NCBI GenBank assembly: GCA_016748015.1
Contig: JAAOMT010000299.1
Coordinates: 657,090-721,089, forward strand
DNA: 64,000 nt
Origin: Geosiphon pyriformis uo1
Taxonomy: Eukaryota > Fungi > Glomeromycota
Direction: 5' to 3'
A program made the position numbers and the translations under genes. The stretch's first letter is position 1; every line of letters begins with the position of its first letter. The notes beneath the pieces are model-generated. The model ran no database searches. It was not told where the DNA came from and saw nothing but the letters and a program-made list of their open reading frames with translations. Shown piece by piece: positions 62,888 through 64,000 of this stretch.

Positions 62888-63122
62888 TATTGCTTTTGGT
62901 AATAATAAACACTAAGTTGCTAAATAAAACGGAGTGTGACTAAACTATAAGTCTGACATCTATTTATCAAATAAATAGAATTTTTTTGTAACACAAAAAT
63001 ATTGAATCAAAGAAGCACTTATTTGGAATGTAATATATAACCATTTTAATTTTTTAAAATTAGAAAAAGTTTTAAATAAACAATTGAATAAAGTAAAACA
63101 TATTTAATGAAGTTAATATTAT

Positions 63123-63195
63123 AAATTTAGGGGATTATATACTTGCTTAAACTAACCTAAAATTAGTTGAAGCAAGTATATAATCCCCTAAATTT
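63123..63195. repeat. Near-perfect inverted repeat (possible 59-bp MITE or transposon remnant, 63130-63188, flanked by TA)
   Basis: AAATTTAGGGGATTATATACTTGCTT(A)AACTAA / TTAGTT(G)AAGCAAGTATATAATCCCCTAAATTT. Confidence 0.85.
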
Positions 63196-64000
63196 TAATA
63201 TAAAAAAACTTTTTTTATAATTTTATAATTATAACCAAAACAATAAGTAATATTAATACAATTACTTTAAAAGAAATTTTGAAAATATTCTTAATTTTCT
63301 AACTAAAAAAAAAGCAAAAAAACACTGAAAAAATACTTTATTACTTTAGTTTATTTTTTTTAATACATTTTTGTTTATAAAACAAAATATATTACTGGTT
63401 TAATTAAAAAAAAAGTTGAAATAAAATTCCAAAAAAAATACTTTTGTATATGTTTTTAGAAAAACATGTAAAAAAACTAAAAAATTTGTTGCTAAAACAT
63501 TGGTAATAAATTTTTTTATTGGTTTTTTAATATATAAAGATAGTAAAATTATATAAAATTTTAATTTATGTTTATAATAATAAAATTAACAGTTTTAATA
63601 ATAGTATTAATAATAAATATAACATCAAAAACATAAAAAATATTTACAAAAAAGATGAATTTTATTAATAATAATAATATAAATGCTTTTAAATTTAAAA
63701 ATAATATAAATTTTCAAAAAATTTATATTTAATTTTTTTTATTAAATAAATTTATTAAAAAATCAGACTTTAATTTTTTAAGTAATAATAAAATTTAATT
63801 GTTTTTTTGTGTTTAATAAATTAAAGTTTTTTGTTTTAATTTTTATTAAAAAAAAATATTTAATTATATGAATTTTTTGTTTTTAATATTAATTTTTTAA
63901 CAATTATTAATAAGAATTCTTAAAATAAGTTAAAAATTATTAAAAAATTGTTTTATTAAGTAAATAATTTTAAAGTTTTTATTTTTTAAAATCATTTAAT

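Overview
AT-rich eukaryotic (fungal) genomic DNA. By recall rather than search, the repeat families look like Glomeromycotina (Geosiphon/arbuscular-mycorrhizal type). Positions 1-54,000 are a deeply nested cluster of decayed retroelements that can be disentangled almost completely by their target-site duplications (TSDs). It contains: (1) an RNase H-bearing LINE plus two 3' fragments; (2) five copies of a ~2.35 kb polyadenylated element encoding only a LINE ORF1-type protein, which shares a structured ~150-nt 3' tail with the LINE; (3) two Ty3/Gypsy families, two copies each, both with an apparently separate integrase ORF and an extra ORF3 (one family has a -1 frameshift signal, the other a dUTPase and a Cys-rich insert); (4) a non-autonomous LTR element carrying an 87-bp tandem array; (5) three solo LTRs; and (6) a Mutator-type transposase relic. 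All repeats are CpG-depleted and transition-hypermutated. The only intact host gene is a multi-exon virilizer (VIRMA/KIAA1429-like, m6A writer scaffold) on the minus strand at 55,657-62,887, which retains its CpGs. The best candidate for an undescribed system is the pairing of the ORF1-only retroposon with the ORF2 LINE: they share a common folded 3' tail, and one copy shows that tail being exchanged.
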